From the NCBI GenBank assembly GCA_002719295.1, contig PBHC01000005.1:81597-145596 (forward strand): DNA of 64,000 bases. Direction: 5' to 3'. A program made the position numbers and the translations under genes. Position 1 is the first letter of the stretch, and each line of letters starts with the position of its first letter. The notes below the pieces were generated by a model. That model worked only from the letters and a program-made list of their open reading frames with translations, did not search any database and was not told the origin of the DNA. Of the stretch, positions 27,750 to 38,526 are shown piece by piece. The DNA comes from Chloroflexota bacterium (GTDB lineage: Bacteria > Chloroflexota > Dehalococcoidia > Lucifugimonadales > Lucifugimonadaceae).

Positions 27750-28994
27750 ATGTTTCTTAAACCAAAAATAATTTTAATTCTTTCAGCTCTTTTATCTGTT
27801 TTTGTAATATCAACATTAGGTGGAGCTCTTGGTGATAGTTTTGGGTTTGGTTTTCTTGGTGGACCGATGCCATTTATTTCTATTGCAGCTGAAACAGTCT
27901 TGCATATTTCAACACCCTTTTCTTATGATTTGAAAAACTCTACCATAATGCTTTGGATTGCAATGATAGTTATTATAACTTTGTCTTGGTTAGCAACAAG
28001 AAATATGAAAGAAATTCCTTCTGGTCTGCAAAATGTATTTGAACTTATTTTTCAATTTTGGATTGACACTGCGGATGAAGCGGGAGGGAAATCATCAAGA
28101 AGATTCCTGCCTGTAGTTATAACTATTTTCTTAGGTGTTCTTATATTTAACTGGCTTGGAATACTTCCTGGAGTAGGATCAATTGGAAAAGTAGAAACAG
28201 TTGAAGAATGGGTACACCATCATTCACATTCAGGTCACTGTGGCGATGATTACAAGTCAGATCAAACTCTTGCTGAGTTATGTGTTCTAGAAGAAGATTA
28301 TAATCATGGATTCGTTGTTTTTGACACTAACGGTTCAATCAATATAATGCCACTTGGTAGAGGAGAGACAAGTAGAGCTCCTTTAAGTGCAATTGGAGGA
28401 TATGTTCCTGACGATATAGTAAAAATCAAGAAAAAAATTAAAAGCGGAACTTCTCCTTCTGATATACCAGAGTTTGTACAGATACAAAAAAATATACATG
28501 ACGGTAAAGTTGTAAATTTATATACTAAAGAATCTGATGGATCAATTAGCCCTAAATCATATTTAGGTAAAAACACAGGAGAGCTAATTCCATACTTCAG
28601 AGGTGCATCAACTGATGTAAATACTACCCTAGCGATAGCAATTTTTTCAATGATGGCTATCCAATTTTGGGGTTTTTCATCCCTTGGATTTAAAGGTTAT
28701 GGTGGAAAATTTATTAATTTTTCACACGGTCCTATAAATGCATTTGTAGGGATACTTGAATTATTTGGTGAATTTGCTAAAACTATTAGTTTTACATTTA
28801 GGCTTTTTGGAAACATGTTTGCTGGTGAAATTGTGTTGATATCTATGGGATTTTTATTACCATTAATAGGTATGATGCCTTTTATGGGGCTTGAAATTTT
28901 TGTGGGTATGATTCAAGCCTTAATATTTTCAATGTTAACTTTAGTTTTTGGTGTAATGGCAGTAACATCTCACTCAGAGCATGATGACCATTAG
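27750..28994 (+). CDS. atpB: ATP synthase F0 subunit a with a large loop insertion
   Basis: P.GLQN..E, NWLG.LPG, SFTFRLFGNMFAGE (essential Arg) and IQALIF..LT. Confidence 0.95.
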   Translation: MFLKPKIILILSALLSVFVISTLGGALGDSFGFGFLGGPMPFISIAAETVLHISTPFSYDLKNSTIMLWIAMIVIITLSWLATRNMKEIPSGLQNVFELIFQFWIDTADEAGGKSSRRFLPVVITIFLGVLIFNWLGILPGVGSIGKVETVEEWVHHHSHSGHCGDDYKSDQTLAELCVLEEDYNHGFVVFDTNGSINIMPLGRGETSRAPLSAIGGYVPDDIVKIKKKIKSGTSPSDIPEFVQIQKNIHDGKVVNLYTKESDGSISPKSYLGKNTGELIPYFRGASTDVNTTLAIAIFSMMAIQFWGFSSLGFKGYGGKFINFSHGPINAFVGILELFGEFAKTISFTFRLFGNMFAGEIVLISMGFLLPLIGMMPFMGLEIFVGMIQALIFSMLTLVFGVMAVTSHSEHDDH

Positions 28995-29036
28995 GGGCAA
29001 ATTGGGAAAAAAATAAATAAGTGAAGGGAGAAACAA

Positions 29037-29264
29037 ATGGCAAGTGAATGGCAACCAATAGGAGCTGCGTTATCAATGGGGTTAGGAGCAATTGGATCAG
29101 CTTTAGGGATTGGAATGTTAGCTAATGGAGCTTTACAATCTTTAGGAAGAAATCCTGAAGCTAGAGGGCCTATTCAGCAAAGTATGATTTTAGCTATTGC
29201 ATTTACAGAAGCGATTGCTATTTATGCTTTAGTTGTAGCCATATTAATACTGTTCGTTTTATAA
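29037..29264 (+). CDS. atpE: ATP synthase F0 subunit c (probably H+-type)
   Basis: GRNPEA loop. AFTEAIAIY has the carboxylate but lacks the ES/ET + Q Na+ signature. Confidence 0.97.
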   Translation: MASEWQPIGAALSMGLGAIGSALGIGMLANGALQSLGRNPEARGPIQQSMILAIAFTEAIAIYALVVAILILFVL

Positions 29265-29266
29265 GA

Positions 29267-29294
29267 TTTTCAGCTGAGATTTCTCAGCTGAAAA
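29267..29294 (+). other. Intra-operon hairpin after atpE (mRNA stabiliser or partial terminator)
   Basis: TTTTCAGCTGAG-ATTT-CTCAGCTGAAAA, perfect 12-bp stem. Confidence 0.8.
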
Positions 29295-29309
29295 AATAGG
29301 AGATTAAAT

Positions 29310-29801
29310 ATGGAAGCATTAGGTATAAATTTATCAGTACTTATTACTCAGTTAGTAAGTTTTATAGTTTTGTTTTTAATACTTAGAAAACTTTTGTTTG
29401 GACCAATAAGCTCTATGCTTCAAAGTAGATCTGAAAAAATAAAAGAAAGCTTAGAAGCTGCTGAAAAAGTAAAAAATGAAGCTGATGAATCTGCTGAAAA
29501 ATTAGAAAAAGAAATAAACATTGCAAGACAAGAAGGTCAGAAGCTTATTCAAGTTGCAAGAGATGCCGCGGAGAATTTTAGGCAGCAAGAGATAGAAAAA
29601 GCTGAACAAGAATCTCAAGAGATTATTTCAAAGGCAAATAAAGCAATTGAGAAAGAAAGAGATCTTGCAATACAAAGTGTTAGAAAAGAATTTTCTTCAT
29701 TGGTAATTTCAGCTGCAACTAAAGTTGTTGATAAATCTATTGATGAAAAGGATCATAAAGATCTTATAGATAAAACACTAAAAGAAGAAATCAATAAGTA
29801 G
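29310..29801 (+). CDS. atpF: ATP synthase F0 subunit b
   Basis: MEALGIN...Q..SF N-terminal TM plus charged coiled coil; operon position. Confidence 0.95.
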   Translation: MEALGINLSVLITQLVSFIVLFLILRKLLFGPISSMLQSRSEKIKESLEAAEKVKNEADESAEKLEKEINIARQEGQKLIQVARDAAENFRQQEIEKAEQESQEIISKANKAIEKERDLAIQSVRKEFSSLVISAATKVVDKSIDEKDHKDLIDKTLKEEINK

Positions 29802-29807
29802 TAAGTT

Positions 29808-30350
29808 ATGGCAAGTTCAGTTATTAAAAGATTTGGAAAAGCGATACTAGATATTGCAAAAGAGAAAAAAAACACAGATGTTTGGATTGAAAATTTTACT
29901 AGTTCAAAAGACATTATGTCTGATGATGATTTGAAGTCCTTTCTGATTTCTCCTGAAGTTCCTAATTCTGAAAAATATAAATCTATTGACACATTATTTA
30001 AGGATTATGATGAACTTTTTATAAATTTCTTAAAAGTTCTTATAACTAAAAGTCAAGTCAATTTTTATGAAGGAATTATGACTGAGTTTTTCAATCAAAA
30101 TCAAATCTCAGAGGGGAAAGTCTCAGCCACGATTACTTCATTTGTAGATTTGACAAAACAACAGGAAGAGCAAATTACAAAAAAAATATGTGATGTTTTC
30201 CAGGTAGAGGATGTTGATATAACTAAAAAAATAGATCAATCTATTCTGGGAGGATACATTATAAATGTGGGGGATACTATTATTGATTGCTCCACAAAAA
30301 ACAAACTAAATGATCTACAAGATCATTTATTAAGATCAACTGCATTATAA
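29808..30350 (+). CDS. atpH: ATP synthase F1 subunit delta
   Basis: D.SILGG.II.VGD.IID.S; operon position. Confidence 0.93.
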   Translation: MASSVIKRFGKAILDIAKEKKNTDVWIENFTSSKDIMSDDDLKSFLISPEVPNSEKYKSIDTLFKDYDELFINFLKVLITKSQVNFYEGIMTEFFNQNQISEGKVSATITSFVDLTKQQEEQITKKICDVFQVEDVDITKKIDQSILGGYIINVGDTIIDCSTKNKLNDLQDHLLRSTAL

Positions 30351-30365
30351 GTATGGAGAAAAATT

Positions 30366-31877
30366 ATGTCACCAAATAGCCAAGATATAGCATCAATAAT
30401 AAAGAGTCAAATTGAAGAATTTGGCGGAGATTTCAGCATGGTTGATATAGGAACTGTTGTTGAAGCTGGAGACGGTGTTGTTACGATACACGGTTTATCA
30501 AGTGTCAAAGTAAACGAGTTATTGCAATTTCCAAATGATATTATTGGACTTGCATTGAACCTCGAAGAAGATACTGTGGGAGCTGTGGTTTTAGGAGATT
30601 TCCTCTCAATTAAAGAGGGAGATGAAGTTAGATCTACAGGTAGAATAGTAGAGGTCCCTGTTGGAGATAATATGCTTGGAAGAGTTATTGATCCTTTAGG
30701 CAGACCATTAGATGGTAAAGGAGATGTTTCTTCATCTGAATCTTTGCCAGTGGAAAAAATTGCCGCAGGTGTTGTTGAAAGAAAATCAGTAGATCAACCT
30801 GTTCAATTTGGACTAAAAATAGTTGATGCAATGGTACCTGTTGGAAGAGGGCAAAGAGAACTTGTAATTGGAGATAGAACAACTGGAAAAACATCTCTTT
30901 GTGTAGACGCACTAATAAACCAGAAAGATTCAGATATCATTGGAGTTTATGTAGCTATAGGTCAAAAAGCATCCAAAGTAGCATCTGTTGTAACTAGACT
31001 TGAAGAACAAGGTGCTTTGGAAAATACAATCGTAGTTACTGCTAACGCATCAGATTCAGCTGCACTTCAATATTTAGCTCCATATGCAGGAGTTACAATG
31101 GCTGAGTATTTTATGTCTCAAGGTAAAGATGTATTAATTGTTTATGATGACCTTAGTAAGCATGCTTGGGCTTATAGGCAAATGTCTCTGTTATTAAGAA
31201 GGCCTCCTGGAAGAGAGGCTTATCCTGGAGATGTTTTTTATCTTCATTCAAGGCTGCTTGAGAGAGCTGCAAAACTTGATGATGCTTATGGTGGAGGATC
31301 AATAACAGCTCTTCCTATTATTGAAACTCAAGCTGGTGATGTTTCAGGATATATCCCAACAAATGTTATTTCAATTACAGACGGTCAATTATATCTAGAA
31401 CCTGATTTATTTAACTCTGGAATTAGACCTGCAGTAAACGCTGGTTTGTCAGTTACAAGAGTTGGTTCATCAGCTCAAAGAAAAGCAATGAAAGAAGTTT
31501 CAGGTTCTCTTAAAGGTGAAATGGCTCAATATGATTCATTGAAAACTTTTGCTCAATTTGGAACTGATGATTTAGATGCAATAACAAAACAACAATTAGC
31601 AAGAGGAGAGAGACTAACTGAGCTATTGAAACAAAATGAAAATGAACCTCTTCCTTTTGAAAATCAAGTTTCTATTTTTTACGCTGCAAATCAAGGGGCT
31701 TTAGATGATGTTGAAATAGAAAAAATTTCAGAATTTGAAAGAGGATGGTATGATTTTATATCTGCAAATATCCCAGATGTAATGAAAGCAATTTCTGATG
31801 AAGGTGAATTGTCAGATGAGACAAAAAAAGGATTAGATGGTGCAATTAAAACATATAAAGGAACCTTTGGGAATTAA
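30366..31877 (+). CDS. atpA: ATP synthase F1 subunit alpha
   Basis: GDRTTGKT and [24 protein letters not shown]. Confidence 0.98.
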   Translation: MSPNSQDIASIIKSQIEEFGGDFSMVDIGTVVEAGDGVVTIHGLSSVKVNELLQFPNDIIGLALNLEEDTVGAVVLGDFLSIKEGDEVRSTGRIVEVPVGDNMLGRVIDPLGRPLDGKGDVSSSESLPVEKIAAGVVERKSVDQPVQFGLKIVDAMVPVGRGQRELVIGDRTTGKTSLCVDALINQKDSDIIGVYVAIGQKASKVASVVTRLEEQGALENTIVVTANASDSAALQYLAPYAGVTMAEYFMSQGKDVLIVYDDLSKHAWAYRQMSLLLRRPPGREAYPGDVFYLHSRLLERAAKLDDAYGGGSITALPIIETQAGDVSGYIPTNVISITDGQLYLEPDLFNSGIRPAVNAGLSVTRVGSSAQRKAMKEVSGSLKGEMAQYDSLKTFAQFGTDDLDAITKQQLARGERLTELLKQNENEPLPFENQVSIFYAANQGALDDVEIEKISEFERGWYDFISANIPDVMKAISDEGELSDETKKGLDGAIKTYKGTFGN

Positions 31878-31882
31878 AAAAA

Positions 31883-32743
31883 ATGCCTAGTACTAAAGAA
31901 TTAAGAGCAAGAATTAAATCTGTTTCAAATACAGCCAAGGTTACTGGTGCAATGCAACTTATTGCAGCTTCAAAGATGAGGAGAGCCCAGCAAAATGTTT
32001 TGATGGGTAAAAAGTATGCAGAAACTATTCAAAGTTTACTCTCAAATTTATCTTCATCTGTTGATTTAGAAAAAGTAAATATCCCTTTATTAGAAAATAG
32101 AGAAGTAAATAATAAGCTTATGATTTTAATTACACCTGACAGAGGTTTGGCAGGAGCTTTAGTGGGAAATATAAATAGGAAAGCAATAGAAGTTATTCAA
32201 TATTCTGAAGAAAAATACAGTATCCTTTCTGTAGGTAGAAAAGGATATAGATTCTTAAATTCAAGAGATCAAGAAATAGTTGATCAACTTGAAATACCAG
32301 ATAAACCTGAAATGTCAGATACTTTAAAAGTTTCAGATTTTGCAATTGAAGGATTTTTAGAAGGTAAGTGGGATCAAGTTGATTTAGTTTATAGTGAATT
32401 TATAAATACAACTTCTCAGATTCCAAAAGTTCAAACTGTTTTACCTATTTCAAATAATGAAGAAACAGAAGAAGGTATAAGCGACTATATTTATGAACCT
32501 TCTGATTATGAAGTTCTTATTGAACTTACTCCAAAATATGTAAGATCTCAAATATTTCAATCGATTCTTGAGTCATTTGCGAGTGAGCACTCCGCAAGGA
32601 TGGTAGCTATGCAAAATGCTACAGATAATGCTAATGAATTAATTGGTGAATTGACTTTAGATCTCAATAAAGCAAGGCAAGAAACAATAACTGCAGAATT
32701 ACTTGATTTAATAGGTGGAATTTCTGCACTAGAAGGAAAATAA
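31883..32743 (+). CDS. atpG: ATP synthase F1 subunit gamma
   Basis: RIKSV..T.K.T.AM..IAASKM, DRGLAG and SEHSARMVAMQNATDNA...NKARQ..IT.E. Confidence 0.97.
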   Translation: MPSTKELRARIKSVSNTAKVTGAMQLIAASKMRRAQQNVLMGKKYAETIQSLLSNLSSSVDLEKVNIPLLENREVNNKLMILITPDRGLAGALVGNINRKAIEVIQYSEEKYSILSVGRKGYRFLNSRDQEIVDQLEIPDKPEMSDTLKVSDFAIEGFLEGKWDQVDLVYSEFINTTSQIPKVQTVLPISNNEETEEGISDYIYEPSDYEVLIELTPKYVRSQIFQSILESFASEHSARMVAMQNATDNANELIGELTLDLNKARQETITAELLDLIGGISALEGK

Positions 32744-34174
<1,431 letters not shown>

Positions 34175-34176
34175 AC

Positions 34177-34440
34177 ATGGCAGACAATATTAAGGTTAAT
34201 ATAGTATCGCCTAGTGGTGAAGTTTTTTCAGGAGAAGCTGTTAGCGTTCAAGTTCCTGGTTCTTTAGGTCAAATGACAATATTGCCAAAACATGCTGCAA
34301 TTTTGTCTTCATTATCTAAAGGGACAATAACTGTAAATACAACCCAAGGAAAAAATACGGATTTCGTAATTGAATCAGGGTTTATAGAAAATATTAATGA
34401 TTCTTTAACGATAATTATAGAAAATATTATAGAAAATTAG
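34177..34440 (+). CDS. atpC: ATP synthase F1 subunit epsilon (N-terminal beta-sandwich only)
   Basis: IVSP, PG..G...ILP.HA and SGF; 87 aa. Confidence 0.92.
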   Translation: MADNIKVNIVSPSGEVFSGEAVSVQVPGSLGQMTILPKHAAILSSLSKGTITVNTTQGKNTDFVIESGFIENINDSLTIIIENIIEN

Positions 34441-34452
34441 TTTTTTTTGTAC

Positions 34453-34608
34453 TTAAGCTACTTTAGGTTGAGTTTTCCTAAGTAATTCTAAAGCTTCTGA
34501 TTTAGAAATTTCTTTACTGCACTGAATGCATGATAAATGAAATTTTCCATCGTAATCAGTATTTATTTCAATATCTCCGCCACATGGGCAACATTTAGAA
34601 TAAATCAC
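34453..34608 (-). CDS. 51-aa Cys4 zinc-ribbon microprotein
   Basis: GTG start after AGGA; MIYSKCCPCGGDIEINTDYDGKFHLSCIQCSKEISKSEALELLRKTQPKVA*. Not in the ORF track. Confidence 0.75.
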   Translation of the reverse strand: MIYSKCCPCGGDIEINTDYDGKFHLSCIQCSKEISKSEALELLRKTQPKVA

Positions 34609-34757
34609 TATTGTTTTCCTTCTTAATATTTATATTTTCCAAGAAATTATAATATACGTGCTTTTAAAAATAATCAAGCAAATAAAAATATAATTCGTTA
34701 ACAAAATGTAAACTTTTTTTTTAACAGAAATATTTGATCGATTTCGTAAATATAGAA

Positions 34758-34787
34758 ATTGACACATGTCGTGTTAAGTATTATTAT
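34758..34787 (+). promoter_or_regulatory. Sigma70 promoter of hspR-grpE-dnaK with an overlapping HAIR-like inverted repeat
   Basis: TTGACA (34759-64), 17 nt, TATTAT (34782-87). ATTGACA-N7-TGTTAAG has the 7-7-7 geometry of HAIR (CTTGAGT-N7-ACTCAAG). Confidence 0.7.
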
Positions 34788-34807
34788 ATGTCTTAAGGGA
34801 GTTTTAT

Positions 34808-35248
34808 ATGGTTAATAGAGGTTGGATAGTTTCAAAATCTCTTACTGTGTCTAACATAAGATCAGAGAATGATTCGACTCTTGAAGTTAATTCAGATCCT
34901 GTTGTTGGTGTTTACACTATAAGTGTTGCTTCTCATCTTATTTCTATGCATCCAAATACTCTAAGAAAATATGATAGAAATGGTTTAGTAAAACCTTCTA
35001 GAACTGACGGTAGAAGAAGATTGTATTCAGAAAATGATCTTCTTAGACTCAGAATTGTAAAATTATTAACTGAAAGATATGGATTAAACCTTGAAGGAGC
35101 AAAGTTAGTGTTAGCGCTGTCTATTAGAATTAAAGAAGTGGTTGATCTATTGGAACAAGGTGTTAATAATCAGGTTTATAAAAATTCTGCTAAAGTTGCT
35201 TCTAAAGAATTGCGCCAACTTTTTCTAGATTTAGGGATTAAAATTTAA
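34808..35248 (+). CDS. hspR: MerR-family heat-shock repressor
   Basis: VYTISVA..L..MHP.TLR.YDR.GLV.PSRT.G.RRLYS..D...GLNLEG; heads grpE-dnaK. Confidence 0.85.
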   Translation: MVNRGWIVSKSLTVSNIRSENDSTLEVNSDPVVGVYTISVASHLISMHPNTLRKYDRNGLVKPSRTDGRRRLYSENDLLRLRIVKLLTERYGLNLEGAKLVLALSIRIKEVVDLLEQGVNNQVYKNSAKVASKELRQLFLDLGIKI

Positions 35249-35250
35249 TT

Positions 35251-35757
35251 ATGGCAAAAGAATCAAAAAAAGATAAGGAAATAAAAAATCTTGAAGAGAA
35301 ATTGAGTGAATTATATTCAGAAAAAGAAAAATATCTGGATATTGCTCAAAGAGCACAAGCTGATTTAGTTAATTATAGAAAAAAAGTTACACTGGATATT
35401 AAAGAATCTGATGACAGAGCGCAAAGAAAAATCTTTATGCAAATAATTAATGTTCTTGATCAGTTTAGTATGGCACTCTCTTCAAAAGTAGACACTAAAA
35501 CTTATAAATCATGGATACAGGGAATAGAATCTGTTAATAGTAATTTCAAAACACTTTTATCTTCTTTTGATTTTGTTGAAATAAACTTAAGTAAAGGCGA
35601 TAAATTTGACCCAAATAATCACGAGGCAATTTCTAGAATTGAAACAGATGAATTTGAGGAAGGAGAAATTGTTCGACAACTATCTCCAGGTTATAAACAT
35701 AAAGAATATCTACTAAGACCAATCTTAGTAGAAATAGCATTTAAGAAGAAAGATTAA
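35251..35757 (+). CDS. grpE: Nucleotide exchange factor GrpE
   Basis: RAQAD..NYRK, G.KFDPN.HEA and GY.....LLRP..V. Confidence 0.94.
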   Translation: MAKESKKDKEIKNLEEKLSELYSEKEKYLDIAQRAQADLVNYRKKVTLDIKESDDRAQRKIFMQIINVLDQFSMALSSKVDTKTYKSWIQGIESVNSNFKTLLSSFDFVEINLSKGDKFDPNNHEAISRIETDEFEEGEIVRQLSPGYKHKEYLLRPILVEIAFKKKD

Positions 35758-35770
35758 GAAAGGAAATAAA

Positions 35771-37663
35771 ATGGCAAAAGTAATAGGAATAGATCTAGGA
35801 ACCACTAATTCTGCAATGGCAGTTATGGAATCTGGAGAACCAATAGTGATTGAAAATAATGAAGGAAAAAGAACTACTCCTTCTGTTGTAGCATTGAATA
35901 CAAAATCTGATGAAAGATTTGTTGGAGAAACTGCAAAAAGACAGTCAATCACTAATCCTGAAAATACTGTATATTCTGCAAAAAGATTTATCGGAAGAAG
36001 ATTTAATCAAACAGAAATGAAAAATGAAAACAGCAGAGTCTCTTATAAATTAGATAAAAGAGCTAATGGTGATGTTGGAATAAAGCTAGGAGAAAAAGAC
36101 CATGCTCCAGCTGAAATTTCTGCAATGGTGCTTAGAAAATTAAAAGAGGATGCAGAGAGTAAACTTGGAGATAAAGTAGACCAAGCTGTAATTACTGTTC
36201 CAGCATATTTTAATGATTCTCAAAGAGAAGCTACAAAAGTTGCGGGACAAATAGCAGGATTAGAAGTTCTAAGAATAATAAATGAGCCTACAGCTGCTTC
36301 ACTAGCATATGGTCTTGATAAAGAAGGGGACAGGACTATTGCAGTTTATGACTTAGGAGGCGGAACCTTTGATATAACAATACTTCAGCTAGGAGATGGT
36401 GTGTTTGAAGTAAAGTCGACCAATGGAGATACTCAACTTGGAGGAGATGATTTTGATAACGTGATTGTTGATTTCATTTGTGAAGATTTTAAAAATGAAA
36501 ACTCTATAGATTTGAAATCAGACCCTGCAGCCTTACAAAGAATCAGAGTTGAAGCAGAAAGAGCTAAAATTGAATTATCTTCTGTAAATCAAACAGAAAT
36601 TAATTTACCTTTTATTACAGCAGATTCTAATGGCCCAAAACATCTTCAGCTAAATCTCAATAGATCAAAGTTAGAAGAACTAACTTCACTACTAGTAGAA
36701 AAAACAGTAAAACCAACTTTATCTGCCCTAAAGGATGCTGAAGCAAAGCCTGCAGACATAGATGAGGTTGTTTTAGTTGGAGGAATGACAAGAATGCCAC
36801 TTGTTTCAGAAAAGGTAAAAGAGTTATTTAAGAAAGAGCCAAACAAAACAATTAATCCAGATGAAGTGGTTGCACTAGGTGCAGCAATTCAAGCAGGAGT
36901 TCTTCAAGGAGATGTAAAGGATGTTTTATTACTTGATGTAACTCCATTGACTCTTGGTATAGAAACTTTAGGAGGAGTAAAGACTCCTTTAATAGAGAGA
37001 AATACAACAATCCCTACATCAAAGACAGAAACCTTTACTACTGCTGCTGATAATCAGCCTTCTGTAGAAATACATGTTGTACAAGGTGAAAGAGAAATGG
37101 CTAATGATAATGTTTCTATAGGTAGATTTTCTTTAGATGGTATACAGCCAGCACCTAGAGGTGTACCTCAGATAGATGTTACTTTTGATATTGATGCTGA
37201 TGGAATAGTTACTGTAATGGCTAAAGATAGAGCAACAAATAAAGAGCAGAAAATTACTATAACAGGGCGTTCAGGAATGTCAGATGATGAAATAGATAAA
37301 ATTGTTAAAGATGCTGAAAAATTTGCTGAAGAAGATCAGAAAAAGAAGGCTAATATTGAGTCAAAAAATTCTGCTGAAGCTGTGATATATCAATCTGAAA
37401 AACTAATAAAAGAAAATTCAGACAAAGTACCAGAAGAAATCACAAAAGAATTGCAAGATGAAGTAGATATACTCAAAGCTGCAATTGCTAAAGAAGATTC
37501 AGAATCTGAAGAGATAAACGAAAGTATAGAAAAAGTAAACTTGGCTTTACAAAAATTCGGCCAAAATTTACCTCAGCAAGAAAATGATCCTTCAGACCCT
37601 TCAAAAACTGATGACAAATCTGATGAAGATGATACTGTTGATGGTGAATATAAAGAAGTCTAG
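35771..37663 (+). CDS. dnaK: Chaperone DnaK
   Basis: [26 protein letters not shown] and NPDEVVA.GAA. Confidence 0.99.
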   Translation: MAKVIGIDLGTTNSAMAVMESGEPIVIENNEGKRTTPSVVALNTKSDERFVGETAKRQSITNPENTVYSAKRFIGRRFNQTEMKNENSRVSYKLDKRANGDVGIKLGEKDHAPAEISAMVLRKLKEDAESKLGDKVDQAVITVPAYFNDSQREATKVAGQIAGLEVLRIINEPTAASLAYGLDKEGDRTIAVYDLGGGTFDITILQLGDGVFEVKSTNGDTQLGGDDFDNVIVDFICEDFKNENSIDLKSDPAALQRIRVEAERAKIELSSVNQTEINLPFITADSNGPKHLQLNLNRSKLEELTSLLVEKTVKPTLSALKDAEAKPADIDEVVLVGGMTRMPLVSEKVKELFKKEPNKTINPDEVVALGAAIQAGVLQGDVKDVLLLDVTPLTLGIETLGGVKTPLIERNTTIPTSKTETFTTAADNQPSVEIHVVQGEREMANDNVSIGRFSLDGIQPAPRGVPQIDVTFDIDADGIVTVMAKDRATNKEQKITITGRSGMSDDEIDKIVKDAEKFAEEDQKKKANIESKNSAEAVIYQSEKLIKENSDKVPEEITKELQDEVDILKAAIAKEDSESEEINESIEKVNLALQKFGQNLPQQENDPSDPSKTDDKSDEDDTVDGEYKEV

Positions 37664-37671
37664 GGGCACAT

Positions 37672-38526
37672 ATGAAAATTTATCAAATTGGCAAAAAAGT
37701 TTTTGTAGAAGATGGTAAAAATCTAAAAGATATTACTAAATTAAGACCATCCATAAAATCATCAATAGATTTAATTAAGGTTGCATTAGGTAATGACCTT
37801 TCTGTTTCTGAGTATCTCAAAAAAACAATGGGTACAAAAGAAGATGGAACACCTGTTTCTGTCCTTTCGAGTGCAAGAATTCCAATAGATTCTCCTGAAA
37901 CATGGGCATTCGGTGTTACATATGAAGATTCTATGAAGGAAAGGCAAGCTGAATCTGATACTCCAGATGTTTATGGCAAGGTTTATACAGCAGATAGACC
38001 AGAAGCATTTTTTAAGAGTACTTTATCTAGACTTAAGGGTCCAAATGACCAAGTAGGTATTAGAAAAGATTCTACCTGGGATGTTCCAGAACCCGAACTT
38101 ACGTTTATTGTTTTTCATGGAAAAATAGTAGGATTTACAGTTGGAAATGATATGTCTAGTAGATCAATAGAAGGAGAGAATCCTTTATATATACCTCAAG
38201 CTAAGATTTATAACAATTCAGCATCAATTGGTCCTTGCTGGGTTCCAATAGAATTATTAGATTACAATAATTTGAATGTTGAAATGGTAATAAAGAGAAA
38301 TTCTAAAGAAGTATTTTCAGGATCTGGAGATACTAACCTTATGAAAAGAAAGTGTGATGAATTAAATGAGTGGCTTCATACAAGTAATGATATACCTGAT
38401 GGAACTACTGTAATGACAGGAACTGGAACTATTCCTCCTGAGGAATTTACATTAAAAGCTGGAGATGAAATCTCTATTACAATAGAAAATATAGGAACTT
38501 TGGTAAATACAGTAATTGAAGTTTAA
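37672..38526 (+). CDS. Fumarylacetoacetate hydrolase family protein (2-keto-3-deoxy-pentonate dehydratase-like)
   Basis: E.WA.GVTY, RPE.FFK, VPEPEL, GNDMSSRSIEGENPLY.PQAK.Y and MTGTG. Confidence 0.88.
   Translation: MKIYQIGKKVFVEDGKNLKDITKLRPSIKSSIDLIKVALGNDLSVSEYLKKTMGTKEDGTPVSVLSSARIPIDSPETWAFGVTYEDSMKERQAESDTPDVYGKVYTADRPEAFFKSTLSRLKGPNDQVGIRKDSTWDVPEPELTFIVFHGKIVGFTVGNDMSSRSIEGENPLYIPQAKIYNNSASIGPCWVPIELLDYNNLNVEMVIKRNSKEVFSGSGDTNLMKRKCDELNEWLHTSNDIPDGTTVMTGTGTIPPEEFTLKAGDEISITIENIGTLVNTVIEV

Noticed and set aside
28188..28583. Intein in atpB (also considered for nrdJ)
   Set aside because: No C/S...HN-C/S/T splice junctions or LAGLIDADG motifs. NrdJ length is explained by the core, linker and TSCPD domain.
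29037..29264. Na+-translocating ATP synthase
   Set aside because: Subunit c has E followed by A and lacks the Q...ES/T Na+ signature.
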